This document shows positions 23,684 to 35,191 of a stretch of DNA of 44,189 bases, piece by piece (the first letter of the stretch is position 1; every line of letters begins with the position of its first letter). The stretch is from Octopus bimaculoides (Eukaryota), in assembly GCF_001194135.2 (NCBI RefSeq), contig NC_068981.1, positions 57,865,469-57,909,657 of the forward strand, written 5' to 3'. The position numbers and the translations under genes were made by a program. Under the pieces are notes generated by a model. That model ran no database searches. It saw only the letters and a program-made list of their open reading frames with translations, and was not told the origin of the DNA.

Positions 23684-24513
23684 CGAGGTCTGATCAATAA
23701 GTATCCAGACTGTTGCCATAGTAACAAAGCTTAAAGCACACTGAGTGAAGCTGCTCAGCAAAAATTGACCTTGAACTCTGTTGTGCATGCACAGTAAGTT
23801 TTAATGTTCTAGCTCACTTCCACTATTTACAGCAGTACTTGGAAGGGAGGTGTATAGTATGTGATTGTCGCATTGACNNNNNNNNNNNNNNNNNNNNNNN
23901 NNNNNNNNNNNNNNNNNNNNNNNNNNNNNNNNNNNNNNNNNNNNNNNNNNNNAAAAATGTCAATATTGACAAACGTTCTGGGAGACCCACAACCAGTAGA
24001 ACTGAGAAAAACATTTCAGATGTGCATGCAGCTGTGAGAAGAAATCATTGAATCACCATCAGAGGATGTGCAGCTTAGTTACAGTTCAGTTCAGTCCATT
24101 ATCACTGAAAGATTTGGGTTTGAGATGCGTGTTTGCCAAGTTTGTGCCCAAACTGCTTTCAACTGACCAAAAATACGCTTGGGTTTCAGTTGCACAAAAT
24201 CTCTTTGATTGTGTCAAGAACAATGAAAACTTTTTGAAAACTTTGCATAGGCCTCTGAGCAGATATTACCAAGCTTTTGGCAAAATTTGATGCAGATTCT
24301 CTGCTCAACTTTCTATCATGGTCAATGTGACAATCACATGCTACACACTTCCCTTCCAAACACTGCTGTAAACCTTGGAAGTGAGCTAGAATGTTAAAAC
24401 TTAGTGTGCATGCACAACAGAGTTTAAGGTCAATTTGTGCCAAGCAGCTTCACTCTGCATGTTTTAGCTTCATTACCATGACAACACTCTGGATACCTAC
24501 TGATCAGAATACG
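23684..24513 (+). mobile_element. Internally deleted mariner (Tc1/mariner) element with TA target duplication and ~190-bp inverted repeats
   Basis: TA|CGAGGTCTGATCAATAAGTATCCAGAC...(23684) and ...CTGGATACCTACTGATCAGAATACG|TA (24513). Arms 23684-23877 and 24321-24513 are complementary. Central relic DKRSGRPTTSRTEKN...DLGLRCVFAKFVPKLLSTDQK is the mariner HTH/linker. Confidence 0.9.
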
Positions 24514-25241
24514 TAGTGATGCAATGGTACAGAAGATAGTCATAAAAGCTAAGAGACAGATTTCAAAAAATTTTGAAGATGAGCGGTGCAGGGAATAATA
24601 TCAGGTCATTTGGTGAAAAGCTGGGTGTCAGGTGGAACTTGGAAAGACATGAAAAGCAAGAGGTTTATCAATGCATCTGAGGGACTTAAGCTTTAGAACA
24701 TCGTTGGAATGATGTCTTGACATCTTGAAATGAGAGAAGCTACACATATCCTTATTAATGCTGAGAAGCTTAGAAATATTATAAGATGTTGCTGAATGTA
24801 GAGAATACATGGGAGAAAAATTAGCTACTGCAAACAGACCCAACAAAAGGATTAGCTATTGAAGTTGGTAGCTATATTGGTTGTCTATGTGATTAAGGAT
24901 ATGAAGGCAGGTAAAGGATCCAGACCATCATAATGGTTGAGATGTTGAAAATAGCTGGTGGAATAGGGCTTATCCCAACCACTCATATTCAATCAAGTAG
25001 TTTAAGGTATTTTTGATACCTAATGACAGGTATAGTAGTATCATATTCAGCTACTACAGGGGCAAAGGAGATGTTCCCAACAGAAGCAACTGCAAAGGCA
25101 TCAAGTTAATAGATCAAGTTATGAAAGTAATAGAAAGAGTTATAGTGCAACTGATTAAGAAAATATTTAGCTTAAAAGTGACGTAGTTCAGCTTCATGCC
25201 AGACCCTAGGTTCCAATGTTCTCTTCTTAGTGATATGTATT

Positions 25242-25247
<6 letters not shown>

Positions 25248-25294
<47 letters not shown>

Positions 25295-25551
25295 GGTTAT
25301 TAATATTTCTAAGTCTCTCTAAAGGAGACTACGGCAGCGGTACTGGAAATTAATAGTTATCGCCAAGCCAACATGGCAGTCCCAAAATTAGGACGAAAGC
25401 TGCCGTGAATTAGCTCCAAGAAGCCATCGCCTCTAGCTAGCTATGTGACACACGAAACCTGTGTCCTTTATAACCTTCGAACAGGGGAGGTCAGCAGTTT
25501 CCCCTTGCTGGTTTGGCATCTGCAGACTATATATATATATATATATATATA
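25248..25551. repeat. (TA)n-flanked ~230-bp insertion interrupting the RTE RT
   Basis: A GC-richer block (25295-25527) unrelated to RT sits between (TA)n(GA)n and (TA)n. RT homology resumes after 25551. Confidence 0.55.
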
Positions 25552-26700
25552 CAGAAGAAATTCATAACCACTAAGCCTAGCATTCATTGAGCCAGAAAAG
25601 ACTTTTGACAGAATTCCATACACTGTACGAAAATAAGGTGTAAATGAATGGCTTGTGAGAACTGTGCATATGTACAGAAATGCCATGAGTAACAAGAATT
25701 AGTAATGAGTTCAGCAAGGAATTTAGCTTATGGATATGTGTTGACTAGCCTTTATGTTTAGAGTTCTCCAGCTTCTAACCAAAGTTTAAGACCAGTCATA
25801 TGTGGGAACTCTTGTATACTAATGGTGTAGTTCTCATAGTTGAAATTGATAAAGATTTAGTGTAGAAATTTCAGTCATAAGAACCAGGTCTAATACTGAG
25901 CAGCTTCAAAATAAATGTAGTGAAATTGAAGCTTTTAGGTAAAAGGTAAGCAGACAGAACTATACTGTCATCTGGGAAGTAACTACTCTGGAGGTATAGA
26001 AAAAGAATATATAGGAATTCCATATGGTCTGCCCACTGTAAATTATGGGTGCCCAAGAGATGTTGTGAGATCACAAATAGACTAACAGATCTACAAGAAT
26101 AATTAGCAAGAAGAACAACCTTGAAATAAATTCTTTCAAATGCTTGGAAGGCTCTCTAGAAGTAGTTGGTAGCTTTGGGTATATAAGTGACCTAATTAAC
26201 AATAGAGGTAGCTGTTCCAAAAGTATAGGGGTCAGAATAATAATAGGTTGGGGAAAGTTCAGTAGCTATTATCTCTGCTTGTGTATGAAGTGCAATGTTG
26301 CATGGTTATGAAACATGAGCACTGAAAATGGATATGTGTAGGCTAGAAAGAAAAAAGTAAACACAGTCACCTGGATGTGTAATATTGATGCCGATGAATG
26401 ATGGAGCGCAACTGAATTGAGAGAAAATCTGGGTAAAAGAAGAATTAGATGTAAAATGGAAGTGACAGTTCTGGTACAAACATGTAATGCATATGGAAGA
26501 TGACAATTGAGTTAAAAAGTGCCAAGCAGTTCAAGTGGAAGGAACTTGTGAAAGAGCTAAGAAAGTCATGAGGTGCAGTTGTGAAAGCTGATCTGAGAAT
26601 ACTGAACCATACTGAACCATACAAAAAATATTAAGTGATTGTGACACATAGCAAAATGCTGCACTAGGAAAGACCTGTTCGACTCATGCAAGTGTGTAAA

Positions 26701-26731
<31 letters not shown>

Positions 26732-26789
26732 CGACGATGTTAATGACAATGATAACAATGATGATGATACCATTATTATTATAGTAGGG

Positions 26790-27322
26790 AGTAATGTTGG
26801 GCCTCACAGAAGCAATGACCAAGACCTTTGGTATTATGTTGTGCTTGAGAAGAAGACCCATCAAGCCAAATAAAATCGCAGTCACAGCAGATATCAGTGT
26901 CACGCAAATGGCACCCATGCCAGTGGCACATAAAAGTACCTTTTGAACATTGGGCTTCACAGAGGCAAGGACTGAGACCATTTGGTATTATGTCAGGCTT
27001 TGAGCAATGGGCTTCATGGAGACAATGACCATGTCCATTTGTCATTATGCTGTGCTTGAGAAGAAGACCCATCAAACCAAATAAAACCAGTCATGGCAGA
27101 TACCGGTGTCACACAAATGGCACCCATGCCAGTGGCACATAAAAGCACCCATTACATTCTCGGAGTGGTTGGTGTTAGGAAGGGCATCCAGCTGCAGAAA
27201 CCATGCTAAAACAGACTGGAGTCTGGTGCAGCCTTCCAGCTTGCCAGCCCTGGTCAAATCGTCCAAACCATGCGTGCATGGACAACGGACATTAAATGAT
27301 GATGATGATGATGATAATGATG
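26790..27322 (+). mobile_element. Family B RTE-tail SINE-like element with duplicated ~105-bp internal unit
   Basis: attatgttgtgcttgagaagaagacccatcaa...gcacccatgccagtggcacataaaag at ~26833-26936 and ~27043-27143, then the core and ggacattaaatgatgatgatg tail. Confidence 0.8.
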
Positions 27323-28824
27323 ATGGAGTAGCAGGAACAGTGCCAAGTCAACAACTTTTCAGCACGTCTCTTTTGGTTCAGTTTTCAGACCCTATCATGG
27401 TCATATTAACTTATCATGGACCTGTCTATTACCCTTACATTTCTGACCTTGCATCCTTATTGTTCTAGCACTGCTAATTTCTTTCAGGCTTTCCTATACC
27501 CTACTTGTATAAAAATATATAATATTCTGACTGAAAATATTTTAGTCAAAATATGAATAAAGGGGAGTGAGGAAACAAATATGCAGAAGAGGGAGTGGGA
27601 AAACATTATCGAAAAATCCTGCTCTATAACCACATCCTGAGATACAGAAAAGCAAATGTTTGATTATAAGCATACAATCCATAATAGCTTGTAAAATAGA
27701 CACAGGGCTACTTTTTTCTCAGTAAAGTCTACCAAAAAGTCTACTACAATTCATAGTTAAAGTGTAAGAGTTCATATAACAAACTACCTCAACATTTTGC
27801 TGATATAGTATTGTTTAACATCCAACAAATAGCAGTCACATTAACAATCAAAGATAATTTTCTGTAACTCACCCTTGCAATCACCTACTGTAATGTTGCA
27901 AATGTTTTGAATTGTCTTAAAATATTTTAGAAGGAAATGCCAGTATTTCCTGTTGTTGTATGTAAATAATAGAGTAGGTATGTCTTTTTGACTAACGTTT
28001 GTTGTTATTGTCCATGTACTTAATTATATTCTAAACAAATAAAATATTGCCAAACCTCTCTTAAATCACACCATAAGAGCTTAAAAAATAAAGGAAGGGC
28101 ACTTTGGATAACATGGTGATTGATAAACCAAGCCTGAAAAAAACATAAAAAGGTCACCACTATCTTAAATTCTAAATGACAATTTTTTTATGTTAAAAGC
28201 CTACAAAATAAAGAAAACATCCTAGAAAAATTGCCTGACATAATCAATGTAATCTTTTATTTTAGATTTAAAAATATATGATGTAATCACTAATTTAACA
28301 GGTATTTTGTTTAAATCTTCTAAATAAATGCAAATCTGTTGGCTGTTGCTAGATATGTTTACATTGAATATACCAACATACATAACTGCCTTATGTGAAT
28401 TCCCTTCTGATACAAACTACTATCTCTGAGATATTCAATTAATATCAGTTCATATGATTAATGTTTGAAATGTGTGGCGTGATTTGGAGTAAAGCATCTT
28501 AGCAGATATACGCAAAGCAGCATATGGAAGATAAATCCACACACACACACACACACACAGAGGGAAAGGTTGGGATGAGGAGTGCTTTGTAAACTTCTGA
28601 TAAAAACGTTGTTTACTTCTTGTAGCTTCAGAAATATTCATTATCAATAATTTTATTTCTGAGAAAGTACAGATGGTCACTTTATTTTATAGATGAAGGA
28701 ACGATGAAAGGCAAAGATAATGATCCTAGTGTGATTTGAACTAAGACTGTAACATGCCAGGAGAAATATCACAAAGCATTTCAATGATTCTGCCAATCCA
28801 GCACCCTGTGTGTACTTTATATAC

Positions 28825-29077
28825 ATATTTGTGTGTGTGTGACTGTTTGTCCCTCCCCCCATCGCTTGACAGCCGATGTTGGTGTGTTTACATCTCTATT
28901 ACTTAGCGGTTCGACAAAGAGACTGATAGAATAAGTACTGGGCTTACAAAGAATAAGTCCTGGGTTCGATTTGTTCGACTAAATGACTGAAACAAGTAAA
29001 AGAATAAAGGAAAACGAATACAAAAATTCTCTCTTTCTCTCTCTCTCTTTCTCTTTCTCTCTTTCTCTCTCTCTCTT

Positions 29078-29115
<38 letters not shown>

Positions 29116-29130
29116 ACTTTCTCTCTCATA
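28825..29130 (+). mobile_element. SINE family A tail followed by (CT)n
   Basis: gtttgtccctcccccc...cgcttgacagccgatgttggtgtg...gaataagtcctgggttcgatttg...gactgaaacaagtaaaag. Confidence 0.8.
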
Positions 29131-29197
29131 CACACTGACACATACCCAAAGAAACACACAGACACACACAGAAAATAAAGGAATTCTCAAACACGCC

Positions 29198-29350
29198 TGT
29201 GAAGACAGCTTAGAAGACAGTAAAAAATGGCCAGCAAGTCTCTACAGAGAATTGGACCCTGTACCTTGGTTCAATTCTCTGTAGAGGTTTGCTGGATACT
29301 TTCTTCCATCTTCTAAGGGTATTTACTCAATTTTTTAAGCTGTCTTCACA
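29198..29350. repeat. 153-bp nested palindrome (15-bp perfect terminal inverted repeats plus 28-bp internal stem)
   Basis: tgtgaagacagctta (29198-29212) / taagctgtcttcaca (29336-29350). Stem 29231-29258 / 29268-29295 with a 9-nt loop. Confidence 0.9.
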
Positions 29351-29419
29351 ACCATCCTGCATACTAACTTACTTGGTGCCTCTAAGTTTGTTTACAATGT
29401 GTGTGTGTGTGTGTGTGTG

Positions 29420-29750
29420 TGTAACTGGTACTCTGTTGCTTACAATGACAAGGGTTTCTGTTGATCTGATTAATGGAACAGCCTGCTTGTGAGATTAATG
29501 TGCAAGTGTCTGAGCACTCCATAGACACTCATAGCCTTAACACAGTTCTCAGGGAGATTTAACATAACACAGGATGTGACAAGGCTAGCCCTTCGAAATA
29601 CAGGTACAACTCGTTTTTGCCAACTGAGTGAACTGGAGCAATGTGAAATAAGGTGCCTAGCTCAAAGACACAATGCACCACTGGGAATTGAACTCACAAC
29701 CTTACAATCATGAACCAAATACCCTAACTGCTGAGCCATGCACCTTCACT
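29420..29750 (-). mobile_element. tRNA-derived SINE family D
   Basis: Minus head GTGAAGGTGCATGGCTCAGCAGTTAGGG...GAGTTCAATTCCCAG (A/B-box-like), then tgtgtctttgagctaggcaccttatttcacattgctccag core. Ends at (CA)n on the minus strand. Confidence 0.7.
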
Positions 29751-31134
29751 TTATATATATATGGTAAAATATTTGCCTAATACATAAGCACACACTAGGC
29801 ACAAATTATTCTAAATTGATGAATGCATAAATTGCAAAAGTTCATATGGTTTGCTTTCATTTATGTGTAAAGCTAAACACTGATACTGACAAACATATAA
29901 TAATTACATCCACATGTACATGCATGCAATCAGATATATAAACACATTGTTAAAGGGAATTATTTTTTACATCCACATAAATTCATATAACTGATAAACA
30001 GAAGATTTCTGAAATATCTGATGTTTTCAAAATACGTTTTTCAAAAACATTACATCTGTACAACACACAACTTTAGCCAATGACTGAACCTCTGCCTTTA
30101 TGAGGATGCTCAATTACCTGATATTGTGGCTAAATCTCTCTCAAATCACATTCTACTATTTTTGCACTTTTATCTTTAAGTGGGTAGATTTATTGAATAA
30201 TGTGCACAGACTGAAAAGACAGGGTGGTCATGACTGGAATGCCTTTGTTTAAGGGTCTGTTCAGTCAAGGTGGACATGGAGTTAATCAACTTTACTCTAT
30301 TTATGCCATGTGATAATTTAAATCTTCTGTATTTCTGTGATTTCTTCTGTATAATGACTTACATTCCTTTACTGGTTTCAGTCATAGAACAATATTCAGG
30401 CTGGAGTTACCACTATGATGTGATTCAGGCAATCATATCCACCCCAGTACTTAGTCTGGTACCCATTTTAATAAAATGGTCCCTTTTATAGACTGGCTTC
30501 TTTTTAGCAAGCTACCTCACAGTTTCCTTCTACTAAATCTCACTCACAAGTTATTTGTCAACCCAAAGCTATAATAGAAGACATGTGCTTGAGTGTCACA
30601 CAGTGGGACTGAACCCGGAACCATGGAATTTCAAAGTAAACACCTAAACTCAACAATGCCTGGATGGTAAAAGATTAAGTACTTGTATTACAAAATTATT
30701 TGTCTCGTGTATCTATTCACAGGATATTTAATGAGTCTCAGAAAACTATAAATATGGTTGTTGTCAACTATACAGGATGTTATTCAAGTATGTAATCCCT
30801 AACCTAAGAGTTTATTCCTGGAAGATTAAATTAATAGAAAAACTACTGGGAAAAATAAACTTTTGAAAAACCCTGAAAACTTTATGTAATGTCAATGAAC
30901 TACTCACAGAATTAGAGCAGTGCTAACTTACTTTTATTCCTTTAATGCTTTGCATAACTTCCATAGTTTCTCATGACCCATCATACTGAAGAGCATACAT
31001 AATTTTGTTGATTCTTTTAAAACCATACTTCAAAAGTTCTTACCTAAAATTGTGATAGAAAGTACAATTTTTTAATATGGACGTTTTAAAATATGAAAAA
31101 AATGGTTTGCATAAGAAAGTTAGTCTCTGGTCTC

Positions 31135-32090
31135 ACTGGCCTTGCTGGTTTTTCTCTAATTCGCGACCTCTTGCCATATCCTCATTAACAGGGTTCTCCA
31201 CAACACAACTGAACCTGTGATCAGGGAGTGAGAGGTGGCCTATGCAATATGGAGCCAGCGAGGCCTGTGCCTTGCTGACATTCATCCCTCTCTCTTCTCT
31301 GTGGCTGTCCAGTCCCCTCAAAAGAAATGGGACGCCATCCAGTGTGGCATGATCTTGGACAAGTTAGTGCACCAACTTGACCTGTACCATCTAGCATGTT
31401 TCCACTGAGCTTCCAAGTCTCACAGTGGAGCCAGGCTTGGTGCAGTGCCATCACTCATGACTGACACTCAACTTGATAGTGACGATCTGTACATCAGCAT
31501 TTTCCTGAGGTTTGGCCTCTAGATCTGTGAGCCTTAAAAATGTTACTGCAAATCTACTGTGGATTCTTTCAGCCTCCATCCATTGTCATACCATTATAAT
31601 GCTGGCTACTTTCCACACCATGCTACCCTTAACAAAATCATAAATCATGGCCTAGACGACACAGACTTCTCTTCCCAACCCATGCAAGTGGGGCTAAACT
31701 GAGGGGACAGTAAAAGGCCTAATGTGATGACAATTTTCCCATTCTGTAGTGGTAGAGCCCTCATCCAGTTACCACATGCTGTGGAACTTTCTTTGGTGGC
31801 AACTTAGTGAGTTCAGCTACAAGCTCAGAATTCACTGCTCGTCAGGCTGAGAAAAGAAAGCTGTTAAAGGATCAGTCACTCTCTGACAGGTTTATGGTCA
31901 AGCCTGTGACAGTGGAGACCTCCTGCATTCTGAGCCCCTGGGCCATATCCCTGTTTACTGCTATTGGTGTGGAAATGGTTGTCCGCAAATGTGAGCCCTG
32001 TGAATCAAAGTAGCTGTTCCAGCACAAGTCCCTTTCCATCCTCTGGGGCAGCACCTTTTCCATTTCGTTTGTTGAGACCATGAGGTAGTC
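31135..32090 (+). mobile_element. Degenerate CRE-like non-LTR retrotransposon 3' region (zinc knuckle plus restriction-like endonuclease)
   Basis: Frameshifted translation: QKKWDAIQC...SHSGARLGAVPS...DSDDLYISIFLRFGL...VDSFSLHPLSY...AGYFPHHATLNKII...GDSKRPNVMTIFPF...TTCCGTF...ARQAEKRKLLKDQSLSDRFMVKPVTVETS...EPCESK*LFQ. The motif order is that of RLE-type (CRE-clade) elements. Confidence 0.8.
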
Positions 32091-32481
32091 TGAATTACAA
32101 GAAATTGAGAGAATGTAAGAATTTCATAGCTTATCAACTGTAGATGGTTAGTATACCATCATACCTTAGGACAGGAATCATATAAGAAAATTCGTTTTTT
32201 TCCTTTTATACTGTCGTGAATTAATTCCAAAGTATATCATTACAGTCAAGTATTTATTGTAGAGTTTCATAAATTATTGACTTATTTTTTTATCTCAAAT
32301 TAATTCATTTTGAGGATTGTCCTTCTCAAATAATGAAACTATGTTTTAATCGGAAAATATAAATTAAGTCTTTAGCATTTAATCACACCTCTTTATATTT
32401 TGAGTTCAAATCACTTTAAAGCTCTTCACCTTTCTTCTTTTGAAACTACATATTAAATTTACAGTGGCCAATTATGATAAT

Positions 32482-32640
32482 ATGTCACAGATAATAATAA
32501 TTGTCATAGATAATGTAGATATGTGAAGTGTATAGAAAACATGTTTTGAAATTTCCACGTATTTCAGGTTTAGTGGGTAGTTGCTTTTCATAAATGTATT
32601 TAGATATCTGTAAATGTAGATAATACATTTGTTTACTTCT
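32482..32640. repeat. 159-bp identical direct repeat, copy 1 (copy 2 at 35033-35191)
   Basis: atgtcacagataataataattgtc...catttgtttacttct. No mismatch found by eye. Offset 2551. Confidence 0.9.
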
Positions 32641-32649
32641 ATAAATTTA

Positions 32650-32803
32650 TGACTGTGGTAAGAAGCTTGCTTCCCAACCACATGGTTCTGGGTTCAATCC
32701 CACTGCATGGCACCTTCGGGCAAATGTCTTCTACTATAGCCTCAGGCTGACCAAGGCCTTATGAGTGGATATGGGAGATGGAAACTGAAAGAAGTCCATC
32801 ATA

Positions 32804-32839
<36 letters not shown>

Positions 32840-33590
32840 GTTATAAATATATATATATATATATATATATCAATTAGAAAATGGAGGATAATATGCTGAA
32901 CCCAACGACTACCCCCCCTTTTACCTGCTCCCATTTATTGCACTTGGTATAACACTAGTGTAACAATAATTGGGTACTGTCCCAGCAGTATATTGGATAG
33001 ATACTATCCCTTAGTGGGTTGAATCCTCAACCCCTAACTCTCTCGCATTATATATATATATATATCAAAATAGGTAATACATTACGATCGTTTCAAGGGA
33101 CTCCATTTAATTGAACAATGCAACCATTACATCAATTTAAATGCAGAGTAATCCTCAGCTGCATAAATACATAGAATTAAATTAAATTAAAACAGATGGA
33201 CACATAAGTATAATTTAACCTTCTTGGAGGTTTTAGGTAAAATTAGTTTTAGGTAAATTTAGTTATGAAATAAACAGATTAATCAACGGAATACATTGTC
33301 TGCAAGTCGATGGATACCGCATATTCTCCTCCATTTTCTCATTGCTATATATATATATATATATATGTATGTGTATGTATATGTTTGTGTGTCTATGTTT
33401 GTCCCCCCCCAACATCGCTTGACAACCGATGCTGGTGTGTTTACGTCCCCGTAACTTAGCAGTTGGGCAAAAAAGGCTGATAGAATAAGTACTAGGCTTA
33501 CAAAGAATAAGTCCTGGGGTCGATTTGCTCAACTAAAGGCAGTGCTCCAGCATGGCCACAGTCAAATGACTTAAACAAATAAAAGAGTAA
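32650..33590 (+). mobile_element. SINE family A (head 32650-32810, tail 33380-33590) split by an insertion in its (TA)n
   Basis: Head ...gggttcaatcccactgcatggcacc...ggaaactgaaagaagtcc. Tail gtttgtccccccc...aaaggcagtgctccagcatggcc...aaaagagtaaa. Confidence 0.85.
32871..33344. mobile_element. Inverted-repeat-bounded insertion in (TA)n (MITE-like or Penelope-derived)
   Basis: caattagaaaatggaggataatatgc (32871-32896) vs the reverse complement of gcatattctcctccattttctcattg (33319-33344): 24/26 identical. Weaker complementarity extends to ~40 bp. Both flanks are (TA)n. Confidence 0.75.
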
Positions 33591-34264
33591 ATATATACTC
33601 ACAATATACATACACANNNNNNNNNNNNNNNNNNNNNNNNNNNNNNNNNNNNNNNNNNNNNNNNNNNNNNNNNNNNNNNNNNNNNNNNNNNNNNNNNNNN
33701 NNNNNNNNNNNNNNNNNNNNNNNNNNNNNNNNNNNNNNNNNNNNNNNNNNNNNNNNNNNNNNNNNNNNNNNNNNNNNNNNNNNNNNNNNNNNNNNNNNNN
33801 NNNNNNNNNNNNNNNNNNNNNNNNNNNNNNNNNNNNNNNNNNNNNNNNNNNNNNNNNNNNNNNNNNNNNNNNNNNNNNNNNNNNNNNNNNNNNNNNNNNN
33901 NNNNNNNNNNNNNNNNNNNNNNNNNNNNNNNNNNNNNNNNNNNNNNNNNNNNNNNNNNNNNNNNNNNNNNNNNNNNNNNNNNNNNNNNNNNNNNNNNNNN
34001 NNNNNNNNNNNNNNNNNNNNNNNNNNNNNNNNNNNNNNNNNNNNNNNNNNNNNNNNNNNNNNNNNNNNNNNNNNNNNNNNNNNNNNNNNNNNNNNNNNNN
34101 NNNNNNNNNNNNNNNNNNNNNNNNNNNNNNNNNNNNNNNNNNNNNNNNNNNNNNNNNNNNNNNNNNNNNNNNNNNNNNNNNNNNNNNNNNNNNNNNNNNN
34201 NNNNNNNNNNNNNNNNNNNNNNNNNNNNNNNNNNNNNNNNNNNNNNNNNNNNNNNNNNNNNNNN

Positions 34265-34318
<54 letters not shown>

Positions 34319-34796
34319 CAAGTGTTAGATTGGTGGAATTGAAAGCTTCCTTATACAATCACACTTGTGCTGGGTTGGCCATGTTGTGAGAATGAGTGAA
34401 GTCGTCATGTACAGCCAGCTTGAGCGTGGGCACAGGAATGTTGGTTGACCATGGTTCAGATATAAGGACAAGCTGAAGAGTAACCTCTTAGATATGAAGA
34501 TAGCTCACAACACCTTTGAGCGAACAGTTTTGGTACAAACAAAATGGACAGCGTTGTGTCAAAATGGTATTAAAAACTTTGTTGCAGCCAGCATTAACAG
34601 GCTTCGTGGTGCAAGGCAAAGGAGAAAAGCAGCTGCAAATATACCACCTACACTGACCCATAATCCTCAAACTTACAACATCTGTGGCCTTCTTGGCAAA
34701 TAATTGGCAGGACTTAAATGTCACATTCGACATAAGCATTATGACTGACAAAGAATACATTGTCAGAGCGTCTTACTTTGAAACTGATGGAAGAGT

Positions 34797-34843
<47 letters not shown>

Positions 34844-35032
34844 GCATATATGTGTGCATGTGTGATGTGTGAATACAATGAACTTCTTTCAGTTTTTGTC
34901 TATCAAATCCACTCATAAAATTTTGCTGGCCAAGGTACTGCACAGCGGGTCTAAACCTAAAACCACATGGCTGGGAACCAAGCTTCTTAACTACACCTGT
35001 ACCTAAATCACTATATAAAAAATGTCACCAAA

Positions 35033-35191
35033 ATGTCACAGATAATAATAATTGTCATAGATAATGTAGATATGTGAAGTGTATAGAAAACATGTTTTGA
35101 AATTTCCACGTATTTCAGGTTTAGTGGGTAGTTGCTTTTCATAAATGTATTTAGATATCTGTAAATGTAGATAATACATTTGTTTACTTCT
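35033..35191. repeat. 159-bp identical direct repeat, copy 2
   Basis: Identical to 32482-32640. Confidence 0.9.

Larger units (their letters stand above)
23100..26720 (+). mobile_element. Near-full-length degenerate RTE LINE (APE endonuclease to RT to (GAT)n tail), interrupted twice
   Basis: APE-like GHI...HRGYGYGT...IICNTNF at ~23200-23345. Linker ICGWSK...KAT** spans the mariner site. RT-like IKDMKAGK...GKGD...KGIKLIDQVMKVIERVI at 24890-25150 and AFIE.EKTFDRIP at ~25580. C-terminal ...VEGTC at ~26450-26560, then gatgatg tail at 26702. Many stops and frameshifts. Confidence 0.8.

Noticed and set aside
27870-28020. Minus-strand open stretch (QKDIPTLLFTYNNRKYW...) ending at a good gtgagt donor
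   Set aside because: No convincing in-frame acceptor and no recognisable homology.
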